Source: an uncultured Solirubrobacterales bacterium
Lineage (GTDB): Bacteria; Actinomycetota; Thermoleophilia; Solirubrobacterales; 70-9
Direction: 5' to 3'
Length of the DNA: 64,000 bases
Assembly (NCBI GenBank): GCA_963709475.1
Contig: CAVPWI010000009.1
Span: 276,625 to 340,624 of the forward strand
The position numbers and the translations under genes are program-made. How positions within the stretch are numbered: position 1 is the stretch's first letter; the number at the start of each line of letters is the position of its first letter. The notes beneath the pieces were generated by a model, which saw only the letters and a program-made list of their open reading frames with translations, searched no databases and was not told the DNA's origin. Below are positions 45,366 to 52,363 of the stretch, piece by piece.

Positions 45366-46745
45366 CTAGCCCGCCAGCCGGTCGAGGCGTTCGATCTCGT
45401 CGGCGAGAGTGGCGATCAGTTCCGGCGGGAGGTTCATCCCGGAAATCACGGCAAGGTCCCCGCGCCAGGCTTCGATCCTCCTTCTGGCCTCGATCTCGTC
45501 GGCATCGTGACCTGCCGCGAGCAGCTGGCACATTCGCTGGATCCCGTCGACCCGGTCGTTCGCATAGATCACCTGGGCCCGCCAGTCGGCGTCGCGGATC
45601 CGGTGCCGGTGCTCGGACCGGCGCTCGACCCGGTCTTCGATCTCCGGGTTCTGACTCAGGGTCATCACGAGGTCGTGCATGTCCCGCCCGAACTCGGCCA
45701 GCAGCACCGCCTGGGTGACTTCGGTCTTCTCGATCGTGTCGTGGAGGAATGCGGCCGCTTCCATCACCGGATCGCCGTGGACGCTGACCAGCTCGGCAAC
45801 GGCCACCGGGTGTTCGATGAAATCTCCGAGCCCGTACCGGTCGAGCTTGCCGCGATGGGCCTCCTCGGCGAAGGCATAGGCCTTGCCTGGCAAGTGCAGG
45901 GGAGCCGCGTCCGGGGCCCGATCGGGGTGGTCGCGCCGCAGGAATCGCTCGGCGCCGTCGCGCAGTTCCGGCTCGGTCAGCAGCCGGTCGAAACACTCCC
46001 TCTCGACGGCCAGACCCTGTTCGAGCGGTTGTCCGAAGCCACGCACTGCGGCTTCGAGATCCGTCCTCAGGGCCGGCTGCGGCAGTGCGGCGATCTGACC
46101 GGCCAGCTCCAGCGCCCGTTCGACGCAGTGGCCGCTCGGCGTGATTTCGTTGACCAGGCCGATGCGCTCGGCCTCGGCTGCCCCGATTACGCGGCCGGTG
46201 ATGATCAGATCCAGAGCCGGACCGAGACCCAGCAGCCGGGGTAGGCGCTGCGTGCCGCCGTCACCCAGACCGACGTTCCAGCGCCGGCAGGTGACTCCGA
46301 AAGAGGCGTGGCGATCGGCGATGCGCAGGTGGGCGAGGCAGGCCCATTCCAGGCCGCCGGCGTAAGCGGCGCCGTTCACGGCGGCGATGATCGGCTTGTG
46401 GATATCGGTCCACCGGGTCGGACCGATGTTGCCGTCTGGCGGCGAGCCCGGCCTCTCTGGATCGACCTCGAAGAGGGGTTCGACCTCAATGTCGGGGGAG
46501 TACATGGCGGCCACGGAAGACAGGTCCGCTCCGGCGCAGAACGCCTGGGAGCCGGCTCCGGTGATGACCAGCACGTGGGCCGAGTCGTCGTCGCGAAAGG
46601 CGGTCAGCGCCCGGGTCAGGCCGGCGGCCTCCTCGGGGCCGATCGCGTTCATCCGTTCGGGGCGTCCGATCGTCAGGATCCTCACGCCGGGCTGCGGCCC
46701 GGCTTCGAAGCGGACCGTTTCGCGCAAGGTTTCCCGCTCGGTCAC
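45366..46745 (-). CDS. enoyl-CoA hydratase/isomerase domain fused to an HD (RelA/SpoT-hydrolase-like) domain
   Basis: N-terminal crotonase fold (ITGAGSQAFCAGADL, AAVNGAAYAGGLEWA). C-terminal HD_4-like region (FAEEAHRGKLDRYG...FIEHPVAVAELV...AAAFLHDTIEKT...FG..MHDLVMTLS). Confidence 0.7.
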   Translation of the reverse strand: MTERETLRETVRFEAGPQPGVRILTIGRPERMNAIGPEEAAGLTRALTAFRDDDSAHVLVITGAGSQAFCAGADLSSVAAMYSPDIEVEPLFEVDPERPGSPPDGNIGPTRWTDIHKPIIAAVNGAAYAGGLEWACLAHLRIADRHASFGVTCRRWNVGLGDGGTQRLPRLLGLGPALDLIITGRVIGAAEAERIGLVNEITPSGHCVERALELAGQIAALPQPALRTDLEAAVRGFGQPLEQGLAVERECFDRLLTEPELRDGAERFLRRDHPDRAPDAAPLHLPGKAYAFAEEAHRGKLDRYGLGDFIEHPVAVAELVSVHGDPVMEAAAFLHDTIEKTEVTQAVLLAEFGRDMHDLVMTLSQNPEIEDRVERRSEHRHRIRDADWRAQVIYANDRVDGIQRMCQLLAAGHDADEIEARRRIEAWRGDLAVISGMNLPPELIATLADEIERLDRLAG

Positions 46746-46749
46746 CGGA

Positions 46750-47220
46750 TCACTCTGCGGGAATCGTCGGCAGGGGCGCCACGCCGCCGGTCCCGTCGGT
46801 CGCTCCGGTCTCCGGGACGATCGTCGACGGGTCGGTCACCCCGGTTTCGGGCAGGGCGGTCGCGGGAGGTACCCCGGACGCCGCTCCGGCCGCCTCCAGC
46901 GCTTCGATCCGGGTCTCCAGGGCGCTGATTCGATCGGCGTCGCTGTTCTTGGTGACCGAGATGTAGATCGCAGCCGCGCCGACCCCTACGGCCAGGCAGG
47001 TGAGCACGAGGGCGATGATCGAGCGCTTCTTCAGCGAACGGTCGATTTCGTTGAGCCAGCCCCGCTGGCCGTCGAGTCTGGTGGCGAGGTCGGTCTCCGG
47101 CCGCGGCGTCGGACTGACCGGAACGCGCTTCTGCGCGCCGGTTCCGGCCGGGTTCGTCGGCACAGGATTGGTTCCGGGTGGGGGCGGATTCTTCCCGCCC
47201 GGACGGGGAGGAGTACTCAT
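46750..47220 (-). CDS. hypothetical membrane-anchored protein (Pro-rich N-terminus, one TM, coiled segment)
   Basis: ATG 47220. Only the last 157 codons of the 781-aa track ORF are not antisense to the thiolase gene. TM segment IIALVLTCLAVGVGAAAIYI. Confidence 0.5.
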   Translation of the reverse strand: MSTPPRPGGKNPPPPGTNPVPTNPAGTGAQKRVPVSPTPRPETDLATRLDGQRGWLNEIDRSLKKRSIIALVLTCLAVGVGAAAIYISVTKNSDADRISALETRIEALEAAGAASGVPPATALPETGVTDPSTIVPETGATDGTGGVAPLPTIPAE

Positions 47221-47328
47221 CGCAGGCAATCTACCCGGCCCGGACCGGCCGAGTTCACTAACTTTCACCATTACAAGAATCGGCCCGAGCGACTTACCCG
47301 GCCGAAATCGACCAAGGAGAACCTCCGA

Positions 47329-48510
47329 ATGCCTGAAGCAGTGATCGTGGACACCGTCCGCACCCCGATCGGCCGTGCCTTCAAGGGCTCGCTTTCCCAG
47401 CTTCGCCCCGACGACATCGGCGCCTGGACCATCGACCAGCTCCTCGAGCGCAATCCGGGAGTCGATCCCGCAGCGGTCGAAGAAGTCTTCTGTGGCGTCG
47501 GCATGCCCCAGGGAAAGCAGGCCTACAACCTCGCCCGCATCCTCGTCCTGCTCTCGGACAAGCTGACCCAGGCGACCACCGGCGTAACCGTCTCGCGCTA
47601 CTGCGCCTCGAGCCTCGACGCCATCCGTCATGCCTCGAACGCGGTCAAGAACGGCGAGGGTGACATCTACATCGCCGCCGGAGTCGAGTTCGTCAGCTCG
47701 TTCAACGAGCGCGCCGAGATCGCCGGATCCCGTGCCGCCGGCCAGGAGGACCAGAGCGAGTACCTGATCGGCAACGACGGTCAGCCCAACGCCTACATCG
47801 ACATGGGAATCACCGCGGTCAACGTCGCCAACAAGTACGGCGTCAGCCGCGACGCGATGGACGACTACGCCCTGCGCTCCCAGCACCTCGCTGTCAAGTC
47901 CCAGGAGGACGGCTTCTTCGATCGTGAGATCGTCCCCGTCACCCTGCCTGACGGCACCGTGGTCTCCAAGGACGACGGCCCCCGCGCCGACGGCGGAGAC
48001 ATGCGCGAGAAGCTCGGCTCCCTGCCGGAGGCATTCGGCGGAGGCGGCGTCACCGCAGGTAACTCCTGCCCGCTCAACGACGGTGCCGCTGCGGTCCTGA
48101 TCATGAGCGACACCAAGGCCAAGGAGCTCGGGCTCACCCCGCGCGCCCGCATCATCACCTCGGCCACGGCCGGCAACGAGCCGGAGCTGATGGGCGTCGC
48201 CCCGATCGGTGCCGTCAAGAAGCTGCTCGACCGCGCCGGCATGACGATCGGCGACATCGACACCGTCGAGCTCAACGAGGCCTTCGCCGCCCAGGTGATC
48301 CCGATCTCGGAAGAGGTCGGCATCCCGATGGAGAAGCTCAACACCCACGGCGGCGCGATCGCCCTCGGCCATCCGTTCGGCATGACCGGCGCCCGGATCA
48401 TGGGCACGCTGCTCAACGTCATGGAGACCGATGACCACCAGTTCGGCATCGAGACCATGTGCGTCGCCGGCGGTCAGGGCGAGGCGACTCTCGTCGAGCG
48501 CCTGAGCTAG
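47329..48510 (+). CDS. acetyl-CoA C-acyltransferase (thiolase)
   Basis: AAGGAGAA RBS with ATG 47329. Active-site contexts VSRYCASSLDA, NEAFA, GGAIALGHPFG.TGAR and CVAGGQG. Confidence 0.9.
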   Translation: MPEAVIVDTVRTPIGRAFKGSLSQLRPDDIGAWTIDQLLERNPGVDPAAVEEVFCGVGMPQGKQAYNLARILVLLSDKLTQATTGVTVSRYCASSLDAIRHASNAVKNGEGDIYIAAGVEFVSSFNERAEIAGSRAAGQEDQSEYLIGNDGQPNAYIDMGITAVNVANKYGVSRDAMDDYALRSQHLAVKSQEDGFFDREIVPVTLPDGTVVSKDDGPRADGGDMREKLGSLPEAFGGGGVTAGNSCPLNDGAAAVLIMSDTKAKELGLTPRARIITSATAGNEPELMGVAPIGAVKKLLDRAGMTIGDIDTVELNEAFAAQVIPISEEVGIPMEKLNTHGGAIALGHPFGMTGARIMGTLLNVMETDDHQFGIETMCVAGGQGEATLVERLS

Positions 48511-48546
48511 GGCTGCGGCCTCTCGGCGAGGCGGCCACGTCTTGCG

Positions 48547-48580
48547 AAAGCGCCCCCGGGAACGGGGGCGCTTTCTGTTT
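48547..48580 (+). terminator. intrinsic terminator downstream of the thiolase gene
   Basis: AAAGCGCCCCC-GGGAAC-GGGGGCGCTTT stem-loop followed by CTGTTT. Confidence 0.75.
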
Positions 48581-48596
48581 CGCTGATGGGTAAGCG

Positions 48597-48733
48597 GCCC
48601 CCGGGGGCTTCCAGGACGCGCCTGGCTTCGTCGACGCTCGCGCGGCTCGCTCATTGCCGGAAGGCAAATCGCTTCGCCGGCTCGCTTTGCTCCTTGCCAT
48701 GCACGCCCTGGAAGCCCCCAGGAACCACTTGCG
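48597..48733. repeat. structured intergenic repeat, copy A (about 135 nt)
   Basis: Gapless alignment to 59014..59150 at roughly 80% identity by eye. Terminal inverted repeat GGGGGCTTCCAGG / CCTGGAAGCCCCC and an internal TTGCC-GGAA-GGCAA hairpin. Lies between convergent genes. Confidence 0.7.
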
Positions 48734-48761
48734 TGGTAGGACGGCCGAGATTCGCTGAGGG

Positions 48762-49061
48762 TCACTCGAAGAGTTCTTCTAGGAAGCTCCTCTTCTTGCT
48801 CTTGCGGGGCTTCCCGTAGCTGTTTTGGTGTCTGCGGTCGTCCTGGCGGGGCGGCGGTGGCTGGTGGGCCGGAGCGGCGGCCTGTGGCGGCTGGCCACCG
48901 GACGCGCCGTAGTAGGCGCTTTCGGCAGCCACGAGACGCTCGAGTTCTCCGCGGTCCAGGAACAGTCCACCACAGCCGGTGCATTGGTCGACAACGACCT
49001 CGTTGCGCTCGTAGGTCCGCATTTCCGAGGCACACTTGGGGCAGTTCAGGGTCGTTGACAT
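48762..49061 (-). CDS. TFIIB-type zinc-ribbon domain protein
   Basis: Start re-set to ATG 49061. CPKC...17 residues...CTGCGGLFLDRGELERL, followed by a Pro-rich linker and a basic tail ending in FLEELFE. Confidence 0.7.
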   Translation of the reverse strand: MSTTLNCPKCASEMRTYERNEVVVDQCTGCGGLFLDRGELERLVAAESAYYGASGGQPPQAAAPAHQPPPPRQDDRRHQNSYGKPRKSKKRSFLEELFE

Positions 49062-49174
49062 GACGAAAAAGTAAACCGGAATCATAAAGCGTCAATCAAC
49101 CGGGGCCATGGTTCTGCTGGGTTCTGTCGGCAGACCCGGACCAAGCTGCGCCCGGCTACGGGCCGATTCCGGTG

Positions 49175-49219
49175 CGCGGGGTGGATCGAACACCCATTTC
49201 CTGTCATATCCACCCCGCG
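49175..49219. other. 12-bp perfect inverted repeat (stem-loop) containing a T-arm-like motif
   Basis: CGCGGGGTGGAT (49175-49186) pairs with ATCCACCCCGCG (49208-49219). On the minus strand it reads GGGTG-TTCGATC-CACCC. Confidence 0.6.
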
Positions 49220-49252
49220 GTGGCCGGACGGGTTGCTGTCGCCGAGCCGACG

Positions 49253-49330
49253 CCGGACCCGGGCGGCCTTCGAGCGACCCGGACCCGGGCGGCCTTCGAG
49301 CGACCCGGACCCGGGCGGCCTTCGGGCGGC
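49253..49330. repeat. 26-bp tandem repeat, two perfect units plus one partial unit
   Basis: The unit CCGGACCCGGGCGGCCTTCGAGCGAC occurs at 49253 and 49279. The third unit at 49305 matches for its first 20 nt. The period is not a multiple of 3 and the repeat lies 12 nt past the lhgO stop. Confidence 0.85.
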
Positions 49331-49341
49331 GCGGTCGACGA

Positions 49342-50553
49342 TCAGGTTGCGCGGTCGGCGATCAGGCGGGCGAGGGCGAGGGCGGAGGTGGCGGCGGGGG
49401 AGGGGGCGTTTCTCACGTGGACGGCCGGTCCAGTTCTTTCAACCAGGAAGTCTTCGATCAGACGGCCGTCGCGGTCGAGCGCCTGGGCTCGCACCCCGGC
49501 CGGGCCCGGCTCGACGTCGCCGGGCCGCAGGGCAGGCACCAGGCGCCGTGCCTCCTTGACCAGCGATCTCCGGCTCACCGAATGGAGCACTTCGCGGGCT
49601 GTCGCGGTCGGGAAGCGCCGGATCAGCTTCCAGGTGCCCGGCCAGGTGAGGGTCTCGCGCAGGTCTCGTGCCCGGAATCTCGTGAGCTCGTATCCGTCAC
49701 GGGAGCCGACCAGCATCGCTGTCGGCCCGATCAGGATCGATCCGTCGTGGCCACGGGTGAGGTGGGCACCGAGGAAAGGCAGCTCTGGGTCGGGGACGGG
49801 GTAGACGTTGCCGCGAACCAGGCCGGCCCGCTCCGGTTTGACCCTCAGCCAGGAACCGCGGATCGGCACGATCCGGGGCTCACTTTCGCCACCCGCCATC
49901 CTCGCCAGCCGGTCAGACTGCAGCCCGCCGCAGAAGACGGCCCGCTTCGTCTTCAGGTCGCCGACCCTGGTTCGAATCGAGAGTCCATCGCCATCGATCT
50001 TCACGCCGGTGACCCGGACCGAGAGGTGGATCGATCCGCCGAGTCGCTCGACGTCGTCGGCCAGCGACGCGCCGACCCTGCCGAAGTCGACGACCGCGGT
50101 GTTCGGCGAGTGGATCGCCGAGATACCTCGCGCCTCCGGTTCGATCGAGCGGATTTCTTCCGTGCCGACCCTGGCGATTCCGGGTACTCCGTTGGCGCGG
50201 GCCCGGCGTTCGAGTTCGTCGAGCGCGGGGAGCTCTGACTCCCGGGTCGCTACGACCAGCTTGCCGTTGCGGTCGAACGGGATTCCGCTCTCGCCGCAAT
50301 ACCCGGCCAGGGCCGCAGCGCCCTCGGTGCAGAGCCTTGCCTTCAGCGAACCCGGCTCGTAGTAGACCCCGGCGTGGACGACGCCGCTTGAATGGGAGGT
50401 CTGGTGTGCCGTGAGGCGGTCTTCGGCTTCAAGAAGTGCCAGCCGCGCCCCGGGCTGGCGATCGAGTAACTCCCGGGCAACTGCGAGACCGAGGATTCCG
50501 CCCCCCACCACGACGAAGTCGAGCTCGGGTGGCGGGGGTCGGAACCGGTCCAT
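49342..50553 (-). CDS. lhgO: L-2-hydroxyglutarate oxidase-like FAD-dependent oxidoreductase
   Basis: DFVVVGGGILGLAVAREL Rossmann motif and HQTSHSSGVVHAGVYY, characteristic of LhgO-type enzymes. Confidence 0.7.
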   Translation of the reverse strand: MDRFRPPPPELDFVVVGGGILGLAVARELLDRQPGARLALLEAEDRLTAHQTSHSSGVVHAGVYYEPGSLKARLCTEGAAALAGYCGESGIPFDRNGKLVVATRESELPALDELERRARANGVPGIARVGTEEIRSIEPEARGISAIHSPNTAVVDFGRVGASLADDVERLGGSIHLSVRVTGVKIDGDGLSIRTRVGDLKTKRAVFCGGLQSDRLARMAGGESEPRIVPIRGSWLRVKPERAGLVRGNVYPVPDPELPFLGAHLTRGHDGSILIGPTAMLVGSRDGYELTRFRARDLRETLTWPGTWKLIRRFPTATAREVLHSVSRRSLVKEARRLVPALRPGDVEPGPAGVRAQALDRDGRLIEDFLVERTGPAVHVRNAPSPAATSALALARLIADRAT

Positions 50554-50580
50554 GACCGGAAGTATCGCTTGGCGCCGGGT

Positions 50581-51159
50581 TCAGGCCGCCTGGGCCTCGA
50601 GTGCCTCCTGCCCGACCCGGCTGGCCAGCTCTTCGAGTTCGACCAGAAGCGAGGTCATGCTTCCGGCCGTCTCTTCGTCGTTCAGGGAACCGTCGACGGC
50701 CAGTTTCCCGTCGACTTTGGCGATCGCAAGTTCGGTTTCGACCACCGGGGTCCCCGTGATCGAGAGGATCTTGCGCAGGTGCTGGCCGGCCCACGCTCCA
50801 CCGAAGGGTGAAGGAGAGTTGGGGACGATCGCGGCGGGCTTGCCGGCCAGAGCCGAGGAACCAAGGGGCCGGGAGGCCCAGTCAACGGCGTTCTTCAGTG
50901 CTCCCGGGATCGAGGCGTTGTATTCGGGCGTGACCAGCAGCAGTGCGTCGGCCTCCTTGATCTGTCGACGAAGGTCCTCCACCGGTCCGGGAATGCGATC
51001 CGGTTCAAGGTCCTGGTCGAAGGCAGGGATCGAACCGAGGTTTTCGTAAAGGGATACCTCGGCGCCGGCCGGCGCGAGTCCGGCCGCCGCACGGGCGAGC
51101 GTGGTCGAGTAGGAGCCTTGCCTCAGGCTTCCGGATATCGCGAGGATCTTCATCGTCAC
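50581..51159 (-). CDS. NADPH-dependent FMN reductase
   Basis: MKILAISGSLR..S......... and TPEYN.SIPG.LKN..DW motifs. GTG 51159 overlaps the YceI stop; ATG 51153 is an alternative start. Confidence 0.8.
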   Translation of the reverse strand: MTMKILAISGSLRQGSYSTTLARAAAGLAPAGAEVSLYENLGSIPAFDQDLEPDRIPGPVEDLRRQIKEADALLLVTPEYNASIPGALKNAVDWASRPLGSSALAGKPAAIVPNSPSPFGGAWAGQHLRKILSITGTPVVETELAIAKVDGKLAVDGSLNDEETAGSMTSLLVELEELASRVGQEALEAQAA

Positions 51160-51713
51160 TCGCCCGCCTTCACGGCCTCGATGCTGAGCACGAGCTTGAC
51201 CTTTTCAGCGACCACGGCGGCGCCGCTTTCGACGGTCGCACCCCAGGAGATACCGAAGTCGTTGCGGTTGATCACACCGGCTGCGGCGAGAGAGAGAACC
51301 GGGCTGCCGTCCATTCCCGGTCCGGCTCCTTCGACCTCGACCACGAGTTCGATCTCCCGGGTCACTCCGCGGAGCGTGAAGTCGCCGGTGACCCGGTAGC
51401 TGCCTTCGCCGGTCTGATGGATGGAAGATGAGGCGAAACTGCCCTTCGGGTGGCTCTCCGCATCGAAGAAGTCAGGGCTGAGCAGGTGGCCGGCCAGGGT
51501 CTTGTCAGGAACCTCGACGCTGGCGACGTCAATCGCCCCTTTGATGCTCTCGATGCCTGTATCGCCGACCGCCACGCTTCCGGAGAAACCTGAGAACGAT
51601 CCGCGGAAGGTCGAGATTCCGAGGTGCTTGACCTCGAATCCGACCCTGGAGTGGACGGGGTCGATTCCGTAGCTGCCGGTCTCGATTGCCGATGTCTGGG
51701 TGAGGGTGCTCAT
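51156..51713 (-). CDS. YceI family protein
   Basis: IDPVHS.VGFEVKHLGISTFRG.F pattern. 185 aa. Confidence 0.8.
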   Translation of the reverse strand: MSTLTQTSAIETGSYGIDPVHSRVGFEVKHLGISTFRGSFSGFSGSVAVGDTGIESIKGAIDVASVEVPDKTLAGHLLSPDFFDAESHPKGSFASSSIHQTGEGSYRVTGDFTLRGVTREIELVVEVEGAGPGMDGSPVLSLAAAGVINRNDFGISWGATVESGAAVVAEKVKLVLSIEAVKAGE

Positions 51714-51788
51714 TGTCTGCCTTTCCTTTCAGGAGAAGTGTCATTTAGTTGCTGGAGCAATAATTGCGCAAGCATCATAACATATTCG

Positions 51789-51816
51789 TTGCGTTGTCAA
51801 CCAATCGCGCTACAAT
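51789..51816 (+). promoter_or_regulatory. putative sigma-70-type promoter giving a leaderless marR transcript
   Basis: TTGCGT, 16 nt, then TACAAT. The -10 box ends 7 nt before the marR ATG (51823). The palindromes TTGCGCAA (51763-51770) and GTTGTCAAC (51793-51801) are nearby. Confidence 0.5.
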
Positions 51817-51822
51817 GCGGCC

Positions 51823-52329
51823 ATGGCCCAAGCCACCGGCAAACAGTCGAGCAGCGTCAAAGCCCCCGCGGCCGCCTACGAAGATGCCTGGCAGGCGGTG
51901 CGTGCCACCCACCAGATCCTGGTTGACCGGATCAGCCATGAACTCTCCGAGAACGGCCTTCCCGAGCTTTCCTGGTTCGACGTGCTCAACCGCCTCGACG
52001 CCTCTCCGGACCCGCTTCGTCCCCGTGACCTGCTTTGCAGCGTCGGGGTTACGAAGAGTGGACTGACCAGGTTGCTCGACCGCATCGAAGCTGCCGGGTT
52101 CATCGAGAGGACCACCTGCCCTTCGGATCGTCGCGGCACCTTCATCGTCATCACCGGCGAGGGGAGGGAGACGCTGAGAGCCATGGAGCCGATCAGGAAT
52201 CGGGTCTTCGCCGAGCACGTGGCCGGCAACCTGTCCACTGCCGAAGCCGGGGATCTCGCCGCGACACTCGTTCGGGTCGCCGACAGCGTGCGGGACGAAC
52301 TCGAGGGTGAAGGGCGCTGCGAGCTCTGA
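51823..52329 (+). CDS. MarR family transcriptional regulator
   Basis: Winged-helix core (LSWFDVLNRL......LRPRDL......TKSGLTRLLDRIEAAGFIER...P.DRRG). Divergent from the yceI-FMN reductase pair. Confidence 0.85.
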   Translation: MAQATGKQSSSVKAPAAAYEDAWQAVRATHQILVDRISHELSENGLPELSWFDVLNRLDASPDPLRPRDLLCSVGVTKSGLTRLLDRIEAAGFIERTTCPSDRRGTFIVITGEGRETLRAMEPIRNRVFAEHVAGNLSTAEAGDLAATLVRVADSVRDELEGEGRCEL

Positions 52330-52363
52330 GCGGGCTTTCCCGTGAGGGTCGCCCGGACCCCCG

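Noticed and set aside
48586-48819. Small ORFs across the intergenic repeats (48586..48819 and 58989..59210)
   Set aside because: The two copies of the repeat do not preserve a reading frame or show synonymous-type substitution patterns, and neither ORF has an RBS. The similarity is better explained at the nucleotide or structure level.
46750-49095. 781-aa minus-strand ORF in the track
   Set aside because: Most of it is antisense to a well-supported thiolase gene (47329-48510) and is low-complexity Arg/Gly/Ala/Pro sequence typical of high-GC read-through. Only the last 157 codons (46750-47220) were kept, as a hypothetical gene.
49175-49219. tRNA gene on the minus strand, suggested by the GGGTG-TTCGATC-CACCC T-arm-like motif
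   Set aside because: No complementary 5' acceptor strand, D-arm or anticodon arm can be found within the expected ~75 nt. The motif is instead embedded in a simple 12-bp hairpin. It is kept only as a possible tRNA-3'-end remnant.
49253-49330. CRISPR-like array
   Set aside because: The 26-bp units are directly abutting with no spacers, there are fewer than three full copies, and no cas genes lie in the window.
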